The notes beneath the pieces were generated by a model. That model ran no database searches. It was given only the letters and a program-made list of their open reading frames with translations, and was not told the DNA's origin. Source: Amoebidium appalachense (lineage: Eukaryota > Protista > Ichthyosporea). Taken from it: DNA of 64,000 nucleotides. The position numbers were made by a program, and so were the translations under genes. The DNA lies in the NCBI GenBank assembly GCA_963693365.1, contig CAVNZM010000005.1, positions 558,001-622,000 of the forward strand. Reading direction: 5' to 3'. Of this stretch, positions 29,418 through 43,618 are shown one piece after another. Position 1 is the first letter of the stretch. Every line of letters begins with the position of its first letter.

Positions 29418-29847
29418 ATGGCTGGCTGCGAGTCTGAGCGCAGCCGGGGAACAAGTCCCACGCCCCGGGCACACCCCTCGTCTTCAGACGGGTCTACCTT
29501 GCAGGCGGACGAACTGATTGAGCAGATACTGCAGGCAGACTCGTACTATGACATACTGAAGATTGACAAGGAGAGCTGCACAACAGACCTAGTCAGAAAC
29601 CAATACATAAAGGTAAGAGGTTCGGGTGGTCGCTGGGAGCTTTTCCGTCGCAGATTTGAGACGTTTTTTCCTCCAAGGTTGTAGGGGCTAAGCATGTGTG
29701 CCATCCTTGTGAAAGGACAGCCTGCTTGTGGATGGTGAACATCGGACTTGTGGCAATTCTTGGTGGGGGAGTCATTATAGGGAACTTATTTGCTGATAGG
29801 GCCTCTTGGGCGAATCTCCCCTTTTCCCCTCGGTCAATTTGGATGAC

Positions 29848-29881
<34 letters not shown>

Positions 29882-30077
29882 TTCCCCCCCCCCCCCTTCC
29901 CCCCTCCCCCTTCCTCCCGCCCCCCTCTAGACATGGTGGCACGTGCGTGTTTTGTGTGTTCTCGTGGGCAAGATTAGGGATTTTGAGATCCCGACTATTT
30001 CTCGCTGCAGGCAGGGGCCTGGGTGCGGGAATATTTCTTGCAGCTTTTTTTTGTGGTGCCTCTATTTCGTGTGTCCC

Positions 30078-30108
<31 letters not shown>

Positions 30109-30534
30109 AAAAAAAAAAAAAAAGTTCTTCCCCTCCCTGTGGTTATGGACCGGTTGAGGGCTGGCTGCTTTCATACACTCGGGCGAAGCCAACACGTGAA
30201 TGTTGCTCATACAACGGGTGATGTGCAGATGTCAAGACTGATACACCCAGACAAGCATGGAGATAACCCACAGGCCACCCTTGCCTTTCAAAGTAAGTCT
30301 ATTGTTTTGTGCCGTGACTTTCACTCCTATTCTGTTTGTTGTGGGTGCGGTCGTTGGGTTTGGCAGGTTGTGTGTTCAGGACTCTGTACATGCAGTGATG
30401 CTTGTGAATGGTAGGTCTATAGCTCGTGCACTAGCGGCTTTGGGGTAGCAGAAGGTGGAGATAGGAAACTGTCAGTTTATCTACTCTTGCACTTCCGGCG
30501 ATTGCGGAAAGTTCTTATTTTAGTTATTTTTTTT

Positions 30535-30565
<31 letters not shown>

Positions 30566-30763
30566 GGAGGGGGGTTTTGTTGGCATGCAGCAAGTGTTCG
30601 TCATGGAAAAAAAGAAGAAGAAGAAGAATTGAAATGAAAATCATGAGAATGGAAGAGAGAAAAAGAAAATAGGGGCAAAGGCAATAAATAAAATGAAATA
30701 GAGGATGATTTTTATACAATGAGCCCTCTGGTCGCCGCTCCTTTTGCTATTATCTTAATATAT

Positions 30764-30795
<32 letters not shown>

Positions 30796-30862
30796 CCCTT
30801 TTTTTTTTCCCTGTGTGTAGGTGTGCGCACGCAGTCGTCCGTGAGCACGTTGATGCATGGGG

Positions 30863-30893
<31 letters not shown>

Positions 30894-31200
30894 GTGTGTG
30901 TGTGTGTGTGTGTGTTCCTGGGAGGGGCGGGGGGAGGAGTATATTTGTTGTGTGTGTTTGGATGGGTGCATTTTTTTTTTTTTTTTTTTTTTTGGGGGGG
31001 GGGGGATGTTTGGTTTCAACCAGGCTCCTGCCACCAACAGTGTTTGGTTATAGAAGCTAAACTGGATTGGAAGCGATCAAATGCAGGCGAGTGTGCACAC
31101 TAACGTGGGGTTGCCTATGTCTGTGCATGGCCTCTGTCTGATTCTGTTAAGGGACATGTGTGTACCTAGGCTGCGTTCTCCTCCGTGTGCACGTGTCCCC

Positions 31201-31233
<33 letters not shown>

Positions 31234-33307
31234 AAAAAAGAAAAAAAAAAAGAAAGAAAAAAGAAAAATCATGTTGATTGCAAGGACCCCTCCTCACACT
31301 GTTCTTGCACAGAGCTAGCCAATGCATACGAGACACTGCGGCACCCCCACAGCAAGCGGGTGTACGACCTGCAGGGCCAGGGCATGGCCATCAACCCGGA
31401 CGATGCCCTCTCGGACCTCATCAAGCACGTAGGGCACACACACAACACACACACTCACACTCACACGCACGCACACGCACATGCACATGTACACACGCGC
31501 ACATGTACATCGTTCGTGTACGGATGTGGCATACCTACATGGACACAAAGAGCGAAGAAGTGCACAGGCACACGTACAATCCCCCATGTGCATAGGAAAC
31601 CCATCTTCGTGTCTAAGAGCACTAGCATCTATTTCTGCCTGCCCCGTGCCCCTTATTGTCCGCACACACTGTGACCTGTCAGGCTCTGTCGGAAAGAATC
31701 CAATGTGATTCACCTATTGGTAGTAAGTTTTGAGATTTTGAGATACGGGGCCCTTGTTCATGGGCTCTTTTTACTTTTTTTTGCAGGTAATCGCCTGTTG
31801 TGATTGCTTTTTTCTTTCTCCGACTTGTTTATGGTATGTAGCATGTTTATGCATTTCTCCACCCCCTGCTTCGGATAAATTTTAGTGTTATGCGTCTATT
31901 TGCTATTGGGTCCACACATGACAGCCAAAGCACACATCTCCTGTGTTTTTTGATTGGTGAGTGGCACGTGCTGAGACCGTTTGCAGATCTACAAGGAGTT
32001 CTACGAAGGGGAGTTTGCGACGCTGCTGGAGTTTGTGGACCGCATCAATGCCGAGCACCCGGAGCTGCACATCGAGAGGGGCCTGGTCGAGCAGGTTCTG
32101 CTGGACACGCGGAAGCTCATAGAAGGTACGAGCCTGGGAGGAATGATGTGCTCTACAGTCTTCATTTGTGTGTGTTCGTGTGTGTGGTGGTGGGGAAAGG
32201 GGAGAAGGGGAGGGGTTTTTTTTTTTGGTACTCTGTCTGTTGTACTCCTACCCCCCCATACATCATCACCCCCCCCCCCCCCCCCCCCCCGGGGGGCCCT
32301 TGCTCTCGCCCGGTGCACACAAGCAGAGGTGCACAATGCACCTACAGACATAAACACACGCATACCCTCCCCCCCCCCCCCCCCCCCCCCTTTTTTTTTC
32401 CTTTGTGTGTGTGTGGGGGGGGGGGGGAGGGGGGATAACCGTAGACACCAAGGGGGGGGGGGGGGGGGGGGGGGGGGGGATGTGTAGATGAAGAGCTGTG
32501 AGGGGTAGGTGTGAGGCTAAAGGTCATGGGATGCTGATAGTGGGTGCAGACGTGGACAAGGTGCTTGCAGACGTGCAGGGGGATCTGAGCAGTGCCGGAG
32601 AGGCCTACCAGCGCATGCAGCATCTGCGCTACCTCAATCTGATTGGCCGCGCAGCCTGTCTGGCCCACATCGTCCAGGTCCTGGTCTTCCTGCCCCTCAG
32701 GGTCGTCAAGGTACGCGGCCAGTGCAGGCAGTAGCAGTGCAGGCAGTAGCAGTGCAAGCAGTAGTAGTGCAAGCAGTAGCAGTGCAAGCAGTAGTGGTGC
32801 AAGCAGTAGCAGTGCAAGCAGTAGCAGTGCAAGCAGTAGCCACCCAGTAATGCAAAGCAGTGGCCTCCCAGTGTGTAAGCAGGCAGTGCCCGGTAGTGCA
32901 GGCAGTGCCCGGTAGTGCAGGCAGTGCCCGGTAGTGCAGGCAGTGCAGTCGGTAGTGCATGGTTTGGACAAGTAGGTGCCCCTGGGCCACGCAGTGCTGC
33001 ATTTGAGGCTGTGTGGGTGCCCACTGGCTGTGTGCTGTTTGATGTGGCCGCCAGTTTTCAAATGTTAATGTCTGGAATCTCCATGCAGGTGCCGATACCC
33101 GGGTTTGTTGTGGGGGCATGGGACCGTCTGTGGGTGCTTGTGGAGGCAGCGTCTGGGCTTGTGACGTATCTGCCCGAGCAGGCCTTGGGCATGGCTGCAC
33201 GGTACAGGCAGCAGCTATGGGTGTGCGCAGTGCATACAGTGAGCAGGTGTGTGTTCAGGTTTTATTTTTGGTGTGTGTTTGTGTGTGTGGCGTTTTTTTT
33301 TTTTTTT

Positions 33308-33351
<44 letters not shown>

Positions 33352-33460
33352 GCAGATGTGGTTGATAAGAATCCCGGGCTCGATATTAGTGGCTAGTAAT
33401 TTGGGTCGAGTGCAGTTATCAGATGGGTGGCTGGTGGGTTTCTGGTGGTGGTGGGTGGGT

Positions 33461-33516
<56 letters not shown>

Positions 33517-33631
33517 CTGTTGGTGGGAAATCGGTATTATTAATGACATGATCATCAAGGCCACAGGATTTTGTACTGTGCTAGATACTGATAGACCATG
33601 TCCGTTCCCAAAAACACAACACCACACACGC

Positions 33632-33668
<37 letters not shown>

Positions 33669-33740
33669 GTTGGGCAGTACATCCCGTGGCTGCCGTTTGC
33701 ACAGAGTTGGCCCTTCAGCCCGCCAGCAACTGCCAATTGA
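29418..33740 (+). CDS. J-domain (DnaJ class C-like) protein, 7 exons
   Basis: Exons 29418-29612, 30229-30292, 31313-31428, 31987-32125, 32550-32710, 33089-33201, 33668-33740. J-domain SYYDILKI...IHPDKH...AFQKLANAYETLRHPHSKRVYD; hydrophobic C-terminus. The last junction is less certain. Confidence 0.87.
32720..32960. repeat. Short tandem repeats (15-bp AGCAGTAGCAGTGCA and 19-bp GCAGTGCCCGGTAGTGCAG) in J-protein intron 5
   Basis: Directly visible repeated units. Confidence 0.85.
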
Positions 33741-34755
33741 TGCCTGAAGGTTCTGGATTGTTCCATCTTCGTCTGAGCTGTGATGTTGGGCGTCAACAGC
33801 ACCATACCTCTGTATGCTGGGGGTGTAGCGGTGCACATAGACACATGCACACACACAACACCTGGACAGACCAAAAGTGTACATATCCATCGAATTCGTA
33901 TCGAATGTTTTCCCGTGAATCTGTGGTATGCCTTCCCGTCTCTCTATATGAGCGGTGCTTCGACATCTCCCTTTGCTGGGGTGAAATAGCACTCTTTTGT
34001 ACAGTATTTCGATTGTATGTATGCAGAGAGGCTGGGTTACTTTATGATGAAATCTATCGTTGTAGTGGTAGGGGAAGCAAGGGTTTTTTCGCCTGCGGGG
34101 GCGGGGGGGGGGGGGGGGGGGGGGGGAGTCTGATCATTTGAATAGTTTTTTCTCCTGATATTTTGCGTATGGATATTTTCTTGATATTTCTTCGGATATA
34201 ATGACGTTGGGGTGTGGCACTGCAGCAAGTGAAGGCATGGCCAAGGATAGGTCGTGTGGGCACGGTGCAGTGTATTTATAAGTCATATATGCATGGACAC
34301 GGCATGGTGTACAAAAGCATGAGCCCGAAATAGAAGATATGGCATTTGAAAATAAAATAAATTGTTGAAAAATGACTCGGGAATCTCTCCCCCCCTCCAC
34401 TTGCCGGGGTGTGGATGTGATGAATTTGTACAGCTATCTTGCAATGGCAAAAAGAATGATCTGCTCCACGTATGGCCGCTTCACACTAACACTCTTCCTG
34501 TGTGGGTGGGTGGGCGGGCAGGTACAACTTTCTGTTAACTGTGTGTCATATGTGCGAATTTGTGCGCGTGGTTTTATTTTTATTTTTATTTTTACTTTTT
34601 TATTATTTATTTATTTTTATTTTTTATTTATTTTTTATTTATTTATTTTTTTTTGGGGGGGGGGGGGGGGGGGACAGGGGTTGACACTGTGACTGTGTGC
34701 AAGTGCGCATTTATGCACGTGTGTGTGTGTGTGCGTGTGTGCGTGCGTGTGTGTG

Positions 34756-34786
<31 letters not shown>

Positions 34787-34787
34787 T

Positions 34788-34840
<53 letters not shown>

Positions 34841-36229
34841 AGAGCGTAAAACTCTTCAAATTCTGTGTTCGAAATTCATCGTACTCAAAAAGTAACAAAA
34901 AAAAAGCATGGCAGTTTGCGTGTGTTATGTATGTGTCAGACTGTGTGTGTGCACATGTGCGCATGCTGCGTGCGTGCGTACATGTGTGTGTGTGGTGGGG
35001 GGGGGGGGGGGGGGGGGGGGGGGATCTGTTGAGAGAGCAACCGCCACTGATGGCTAATTCAGTCAGTGCACAGTGCAAGCTGCACCACATCGTTGAGATC
35101 TGTTGGAACCCTTAGAATTTCCAGACAACCCGGTTGCCCGAGACGTCTTTGCAAGTTCAACTTGGTTTTTATTTCGAAGGTAGCCATGAGAGACACACAC
35201 CAATAGGGCATATTATGCACACATGATCATTATCATGGCGGGGTTGCCACAAAGAACAGACAAATTGCATCTGTACAGGCCATAGAAAAACATGACATCC
35301 ATGGACGTACGAAGACAAAACGCACACGGCAACGTTTTAATTTATGCATGTGGAGATGCTTTTCGAACTCGTGCGCAAGAGAAGCACAATATTTATGAGG
35401 GGAATGCACGGAGAACTATTAGATGTAGCAATCACTTACCATTCCGAGGCACACACGCACATGGCATGTACACACAAGCACACACACACACATGCATACA
35501 CACACACGCACTCACACACAGACATACAGGGAGAGAGAGCTCGAGACACGGTACACGTGCACGCACACGTGGCCACAACCACACCACACACGTGGCACGA
35601 ATGCACATGCAGAAATGCGTGGTCGCACACACACGTGTAAAAGCATGTGGGTTTTCCCACACCAGCGCACTGCGGCACACCCACACACTCTTTGTGACTG
35701 CTGGCATCCACACGTGACATCAGGCCTGTTTTTATAAAGAAAATCAAGACAACATCGCATTTATTTTCGTCTTCCTTTCGTACCACTGTATCACGGAGAG
35801 CTAAAACAAAGTACCAACAATGTGCTAATGTGCAACAGCATCATATATTTATACCTGTCCCGCACCAATCATTCTAAATCATACACAACCCAGTAATCTC
35901 ATGGGTTCGAATACTGAATGATCATGACCTATCACCTCTGCATATCGCAAAGCGAACCCACAAATGCATAATTGCATGCAGTGTGTATATGCGTACATGT
36001 CGTCTCTAAGCACTTGTAGATGCATGTGCAGGCATGGTCCGTGCATGCCTATATCTTTGGTGCAACCAGTGTGATCAGGTGTAATCTCTGCGACTTTCAC
36101 GGCAAATCATATAACGAAAATTGGATATCCTTTGACTTTTGTTATCTCCACCGGGACCTAAATATTATTTGCAGTCTTTAACACCACCATGCACCAACTG
36201 TGCCCCCACATCCCTTTCCTTTTTAGGAG

Positions 36230-36682
36230 CTATTCCTGTTTTGGGCGCTGCTCACGGACGTCAAAATACCACGTGCACGTTGCACGTGTTGTGACGTCAC
36301 CAGCCTGGTCCCTGATCTCTGCCGTGCCCATGACCTTGTGTTTGCCCACCTCTGCGGGAATTTGCATCACCTGGGAATGGAGGGGCTGCAATCAGTGATT
36401 GAGAATAAAACATGGTGTCTGTGGGTGGCATGGAGGTGGGTGGTACAGATTGCATGGTTTGGGTGAGTTGGCGGGTGGAGGGAGAATGGGAGCTGTTTAT
36501 GCGTTAGTGTGATTGTGGACATGTGTGCATATATGCATGTATCATGCCGTTTTTCCGTGTCAATGTGTGAATGTGTGTGTGCGTGTGCGTGCGCGTGTAT
36601 GTGTGCGTGTGTGTGTGCGCCCGGGTGTGTGTGTCTGTCTGTGCGGACGGTATATGTGTGTGTGTGTGTGTGCAGCGGTGTG

Positions 36683-36772
<90 letters not shown>

Positions 36773-39191
36773 TGGCATTGCACAAAGCACCAACACGGGT
36801 GGGAATTTGAAATGTGTAGGAGTGTCGGGCGTGTGTGTGGAGAGAATGCGGGAGGTGAGGATACAGGCTACGGCTTAAATCTATGATAGACAAAGGCCAA
36901 AAGAATGACCGTAGTTCAAAACAAGATGCTCCCCCCCCCAAATCCCTCAAACTCAAACCCTCCATCCCCGCCTCCCCCCTCCCCCCCCCCCCCCCCCCCC
37001 CCCCAGCCCCCTCCCCGGCCCCCTCCCCCGCGGGATCGAGGTGTAGGTGTATAATGTACGGGTTGGAGGGCAGGGCGGGGTGTGTGCAACCTCGCCGAAT
37101 CAAGGTGTAGATGTATTTAGTAGGGTGTGTGTGTGTGTGTGGGCGGGTGGGTGTGGGCCGGGGTGTGTGTGTGTTTGTGTGTGTGTGTTTGGGGGAGGGA
37201 GGGGGGGGGGGGGGGAAAGGGGGAGACGGGGGGACGTACGGGTGCGTAAGCAGTGACCGTGCCACGAGCCTTCTTCACATAGTCCACCTTGAGGTCCACC
37301 ACCACCCCACGCACGTGGGGCCCAGCACGCTGCACACAGAGAGAAATTGCTTTAGTCCATTGTCTTCCTCCCCCTCCCCTCTTTTACCCCCCCCCCCCCC
37401 CACCCCACCCACACCCCTCAGTCCCTCTTCCTCCCACTCAAACTGCTCCTTCACCTTGCCTCCACTACAAACGCGAAAAGGCCATCACCCGTTCAGACAG
37501 ACAGAGAAGTCCATATTCTGCACCCCTTCCCTCGTACGTACACACATCCCCAGCCTCTAGTCTCTCATCCCCAACATTTCGTCCCCTTCCCTCTCCGTCC
37601 TCTGTCCCCCCTCCCCTCCCCCCCCCACACACCCCCACACCTCGGCGGGGTTCTCCCATTATCCCTCCCTGATTTGACCGTTTATCCTCACATCTACTCT
37701 CTCCCATTCAAGGCCCTGTCAGGACTTCGTGTTCCTCCTTGCCCTCGGCCAATAAAGACATTCCATTCACTATCTTGCGAGTTTCCACACGGTATCAATT
37801 CTTTCGTCCCGGCAGACCCTTCCCATTATCTAGCATAGCATGCGGATAGGTTGGCGCAGCATAGGAGGGGAAGACCGAGATTGAAAGAGATAAGGAGGTG
37901 GGGAGAGGGAATATGTAGGGTTGGGGGTATGTAAGGAAAGATGTGCACTTGTGGTAACTAGGCAGATCCAGGGTGCATTAGACTGTCTGTCTTTCCCTGC
38001 ATGCCGAAAGATGGCAGAAAGGGAAGTGAGGCTTGTCTCCTTCAAAGTTTCCTCTCCTCATCATTTATACTTTTTTGGTTCTTTTTTTTGGGCCCGCGAA
38101 GAGTTGGATTGAGTGCTGGAGTTGGGGTGAAAGGGGTTGGACGGTGGTGGTGGTTGGTGGTGGTGGTGGTGGTGGAAGGTGGGCGGGGGAGGGGGGGGGA
38201 GTGTGTGCAGTACCTCCATGGCAGTGACGGCGGCCACCCCAATGGCTGCCTCTGTCAGGTTGGCCAGGCAGGCTGCATGCAGACACCCAAAGGGGTTGCG
38301 CAGCCACGGTCTATCCTCGATGGATATGACGGCCTGCGTGCTGTTGAGGTCTTCAACAAACGGGGTGATGGAGGCTGGGGTGGAATATTAATGGGCAAAA
38401 CACTCAAATCGACCAATCAGTCAAGGAGGTTAAGATGCTCACAGGCCGAAAGAATACCAAGAAAGAGAAGCAGCTGAAATGTAATCGTGGAGTGGGCAGA
38501 AGAAAAAAAGCGTTGCTCAGAAAAGATAGGAAAAGAGATTGGGGCAATGGGATGATGGAAATAAGAGGGGGGGGGGGGGGGGGGGTTTGAGAAAGGGGAG
38601 CCTATCAGGCCGCTGTAAGAAGGGATCGAACACGAGAAAGAAGAAACCAAAAATAGAGGCAGGGCCTCCCTCACGGATTGAGATGGGTAAAGTGGTAATT
38701 AGGTTGTTTACTGCACAATTTTTCGTCAGCAAAATGCAAACATGGCGGACTGGGTTCGCTGTGTTTGCGCCATTGCTTAGGTTTCGTGTCAAGCAGTTGG
38801 GTGCTCTGCTATGCATCCATGTGTGCAGGTATGCACACAGACGTATTTGCGTGCGCGTGAAAGTGCATGACGTATGTGAGCGTGATGTTTGTGTGTACGT
38901 GCTGTGCACATGCGGCATGGGATTAAGGGCTGTCAACTGGTTTTGCATAAACCCACCTGTGTATGGTGCAGTCACACCAGTGCAGAAGGAGAAAAAGTCT
39001 CTCCCAAAGTACACAGCCTTGCACGCTTCGAAAACTTCGTGGAACTTCAAACGCTTGAGCTTTCCAAACGAGGGATACCTATAAATAATATAGGGCACAG
39101 CAAGAAGCCCACCCACGGTTGAGCGAAGACACCCCCTCACGAACACAAACGGGTAGATGACTAGTGTCTTGAGCCGATCAGAGAGCCCCAT
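36230..39191 (-). CDS. HotDog-fold thioesterase-like protein (PaaI / DUF4442-like), 4 exons
   Basis: Minus-strand exons 39191-38957, 38374-38214, 37329-37240, 36370-36230, in frame: APYTASITPFV...RPWLRNPFGCLHAACLANLTEAA...GVVVDLKVDYVKKARGTVTA...IRDQAGDVTTRATCTW. Confidence 0.85.
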
Positions 39192-39594
39192 TGTGATGTT
39201 TGTGTGTGTGCTTTAGTGTTTGAAGTGAAGTATTACGCAACGCCAACGAGACAGAAACTTCGGCGTGAGAAAAAGAGATGAATCTACCGAGAACACTGTT
39301 CTAGTGTGAAAAACTCAGCGTGCTGCCCGAGTCGTACCTACACCCTTGTCCTTCTGAGTGATCGTCAACAACAGAAAAAGCCTTTTTGGCCAAACTTTTG
39401 TGTTTGCGTGAGCCAATCATCCTTGCTGACGAATCAGTGACGATCAAACAGGTGCACCAATTGCATTTCGTTCGTGTACATAGCCATTAATGAATGTATT
39501 GGCGCGCTTTTTTATCCAGCCAATCAGCAGCTCAAGAGCCGTTTCTACAAATAGCACCCGCTGCCCGGCGAGTCTCGGCGAGGGGGCACTGCAC

Positions 39595-42500
39595 CAAGGC
39601 CTCTTAAATAGCACACCTGCAAGGCCTCCTAAATAGCACAAGGCCTCCTAAATAGCACACCGGGCCGAGGCACGAGGTCGTCACATATGAGAAGTGACGT
39701 CATCAAGAGTAGGGTTAGCTTCCAGCCGAATCCAGCGAAATGATTGGCCAACTGAGGAACGCACGAAACCCAGTAAAGGCGATTTCGATTGGATAGAAGA
39801 TCTTTGACTGCCATTTCGTGATTGAACAATACAGCAAATGGCGGGCTTTTGGTGTTCTTTGTATACTCGGAAAAGTGTGGGGTACCAACATTAAGGATAA
39901 GGCAAAACCAACAATATTAGTATCTAGTCTGTTTTAATAGCTTTATGAAATAACAAATACGTCAAAGCGCTCATTTATTTAACATTTAAATGGTTTATGC
40001 CGTTTTTTTTGGCGTTTAAAATACAATTTTAAGGAATAATTTTAAGGAGTTAAGACTTTAAGTTGACGTAAGTAAAATTACTTCATCAATCCCCATCGAT
40101 CTCTCGGTGTGATCTAGGGGGCTGTGTGCCGGCCGCTTGTGTTGCTGCTACACGCGGAAAAGTAACTATTTCTTTGCCACCACTTTACGTGAAGTGCTCC
40201 TGCATTATATATAAAAAAGGCTGGGCAGTGCCACTTTGGCCACGCTACGCAGATGCCAAGATCTTGTGCTGTCTACGGCTGCACAACTAATTACAAAGGG
40301 CACGAGAGTGCATCTTGTTTTGCTTTTCCTAACCAAACTAAAGAGCCCGAGCGTTTTCACAAGTGGGTCAGTTTCTGCAAACGCCAAGACTTAACGGTAA
40401 ATAGTAACACAAGCTGTATAGGTATTTGTATCAAACATTTTAGGCCCGAACAACTTGACCTAGGTTTTGACTACAAAGATCCTAAAACAGATATATCTCG
40501 GTTTATTAAACATTCCCACCCGAGGTGCAAAGAGAATCAGATTCCTTGCATATTCAACACAGAACTGAATATAGTCATAGAGGAAAAGACACCCAGGAGA
40601 AACCCAGAGGATAGACGAGAAGAGCAAAACAAACGAGCAAAGCTCCAGGAAGAGGCTGAGAAGGCCCGGCTAGAACAACTTGACACCATACACTCGTTCA
40701 GCGAGTTGTGCGACAACTTCTTAGACCGTCTAAATAGCGTAGGCACGCTGGGGCTCTGGCAAGTCACACAAACGAGCAGTGAAAGCATACAAGCGGTACT
40801 GCTGTTAACAGTTACCCCGTCATTTCCCGGCGGGGTGCCCTTTCCCTTTGTGGGGGCAGTGGTAACTGTTGATCACTCGTGCACTCAACCTTTGTGCTTC
40901 GATAAGCACGTTGGTTATGCACTCTGGGCCACCTTTTCTTTTGGGAAACTATCCTTAACACTCGGGTTTTAAATGTTTGCAGATAGTCCTTGTGGAGTAT
41001 CTAAAGGACGACCTCAACTGGGTCTACGTTCTTCTGGGCAAGATTATGACCGACCAGTTGGAGGGTCGGTTTGGACACTACAGGGAAATGAACGGAGGCA
41101 ATTACCACATTTCCACCCGCCAGGTAGCCTCTTCCCTCCACCCTTGTTCCCCCCCCCCCCCCCCCCCCCTTCCTCCTCCCCCCACTCCTTTTTTTCTGAG
41201 ACAATTTTTCAGAGTCCCTCCCCCTCCCCCCTCCCCCTCGTTCCCAACCAACACCACCAACACCACCACCATCCACCCCCCCACCCCCTCCCTTTTCTAC
41301 TACTCCCCCCCCCCCCCCCCCCCCCCTTCTTTTTTATTCGGATCCTAGAAGGCTTACCCCCACCTTCCTTTCTTAACACCAATTGCCAAAAGAAGTAATC
41401 CTCCTCCCCCCCCCCCCCCCTCCCTCCCCTTCACCCCCCTCCCTTTTCCACCTCCATTTCCCAGATCCTCTCCTTACCGACACAAGCATTGCATTAACTT
41501 CCAAACACCCAAATCAGCCGGCTGCAGCTGGCAACTATTTATGGTCTGTGCGGTGCTCTACATCTGCACAGTTGTAAATCAGGATAATGCCAAGCTAACG
41601 GAAGGTGTGATATTGAACAGGTGCTTGAGTCTGAGCGGCGCATCCGGCTCATCAACCTCTTCACGTTCCGCCGGGGCACGGGGAAGGCCGTGGGCATCAG
41701 CACTCTCAAGCAGGCCGTCAAGTTCAACGAAACTGCCCTGCTGGCCAAGCCTGCCGTGGAACTGGACGTTCTGCTGCAGCCCTTCTCCAGCATTGGCGCT
41801 CTGTTGGCTGCCATCACCGTCCCCAACAAGAGCGTGGTCGTCTTTCTCGCCGGCTACGCCTGCTTCAAGACGGGGCGGGGCTGCAGCTGCAAGCAGTGCC
41901 GTGGGCGCTTGTTCAGCAGCCGCCGCCTGGTGGTGGAGATCCCAGCCAGCGTCAGAGCCCAGCTTGGGCCGGACGTCATCGACACGTCATACCTGGAAGC
42001 CATCGACCGTGGGGGGCTTTCTACTCCCTCCTACGCGGCCTATGTGGTCGCGGAGACCACTGTGCGCGTGATGGAGTGCCTCACCAGCAAGGAGCTGGAG
42101 GGCAAGTTTCTGCACGCCGGCTCCCACCGCCTGCTGGTTCACACGCTCGCGGTTCAGCACGCCAAGAGCCGGCCGGAGACAAAGACAATTCGATGCATTA
42201 CTTGTGAGGAGTGCGGGGAGGACACGGCGCAGTACCTCGACGGCATCGCCATGAGAATGACCAACATTCTGCTCAACAACTACACCAAGGAACGCAACGC
42301 GAAAAAGAAAACACCAACCAACAAGCCAAACCGGCAAACCAAGAAATACGAGAGTGCATCAACCGGTTTATTGGGGGCGCACGCCGCGGACGAAGGCCCC
42401 AGCGCCAGCGACGACGTGGAGGCTGTGCTCGAGGAGGAGGACTTCGACGTTTTCTCGTTTTTGAACGACGACGCACTGGGTGCGTTGTGTGAGACTTAGG

Positions 42501-42696
42501 CAGTTATAGGCAGTGATGATTGCGTCTGGTAGTTTAGCGTAATGTTTGCACAAGTTTTGCACTAAAATTAGTCTGATGTAGGAGACCCCGGAGGGGCACG
42601 TAAGATTTCATTTTTCGATCACCCTACTCTTTACACGTAATCTGGAGTATTAGTCTATTGCGTGCCTCGGCCCGGTGTGCTATTTAGGAGGCCTTG
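39595..42696 (+). mobile_element. P-superfamily DNA transposon, internally deleted
   Basis: 36-bp TIR CAAGGCCTCCTAAATAGCACACCGGGCCGAGGCACG (39639-39674 / 42661-42696), 8-bp TSD CACTGCAC (39587-39594 / 42697-42704), THAP and P-transposase exons inside. Confidence 0.92.
40253..42499 (+). CDS. THAP-domain P-element transposase derivative lacking most of the catalytic core
   Basis: THAP (CAVYGC...W...CIKHF...IPCIF) from 40253. Exon 40983-41123 (TDQLEGRFGHYREMNGGNYH) and exon 41621-42499 (YLAGY-like FLAGY, CKQC, IDRGGLSTPS) match the P-transposase C-terminus. The central D/D and GTP-binding region is not seen. Confidence 0.8.
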
Positions 42697-42874
42697 CACT
42701 GCACACATGTCCTACCCCCGGATTCCGGCACTTTTTTCTAGCTCGGAAATAATGCATCAACCAGCGCCCGACCCGACCGAGATACGTCCAAATTGGCGCT
42801 GGTTCAGGCGGTATAGGGGGAGCGCCCAGGAGGGCGTTCGATGGCTGGGTCGGGCTTTGTGATGGCATGCGGAA

Positions 42875-42909
<35 letters not shown>

Positions 42910-43347
42910 GCTCGGAAATGATAGTCTAAATTCGGCGGGGCTCATGCAGGAAAGGGCGGGCGGCCGGAGGACTTTCCAGGGCTAGGGTCGCCACCGTGCG
43001 CGAGGTGTAGGCCCAGCTTTGCGTTTGTTTGCTACCGAAAAGCTTTATGTTTACTAAGTGCGCTGAATGCACACCATATGCATGCTGTATGCATACTGAA
43101 CCATAGTAAACGAGCGCCATAGGAAGTTCTCCTCTGTGCCCTTTGGCCTGTGAGTGTGTACCTCATGCATGCAAGCTGCGAGCGGGTGCCAGTGTGCAGT
43201 GAAATAATATGCACACACGTTGCCTCCGTGGCTCCTGCTGCAGCTGCCGACGCGCACTCTGTGTGCTACCTGAAGGAGTGGTTTGACCATGATGCAGGCT
43301 GGTGCGCAGACATACAGTGTCACAGTGGAGTCTGTGACACGTGCTTG

Positions 43348-43436
<89 letters not shown>

Positions 43437-43579
43437 TCCCTCTCCGATCTCTCTCTCTCTCTCTCTCTCTCTCAGGCTCTCTCTTTCTCTCTCTCTCTCT
43501 CTCTCCGCTCTCTCTCTCTCTCTCTCTCTGACATATACTAATCCGTCTCAGCAGATTAGCCTAAGTCTACGATCGAGAT

Positions 43580-43618
<39 letters not shown>

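Noticed and set aside
32915-34141. 408-aa ORF
   Set aside because: It runs through poly-T, poly-G and CA intron sequence; only 33089-33201 is in the J-protein frame.
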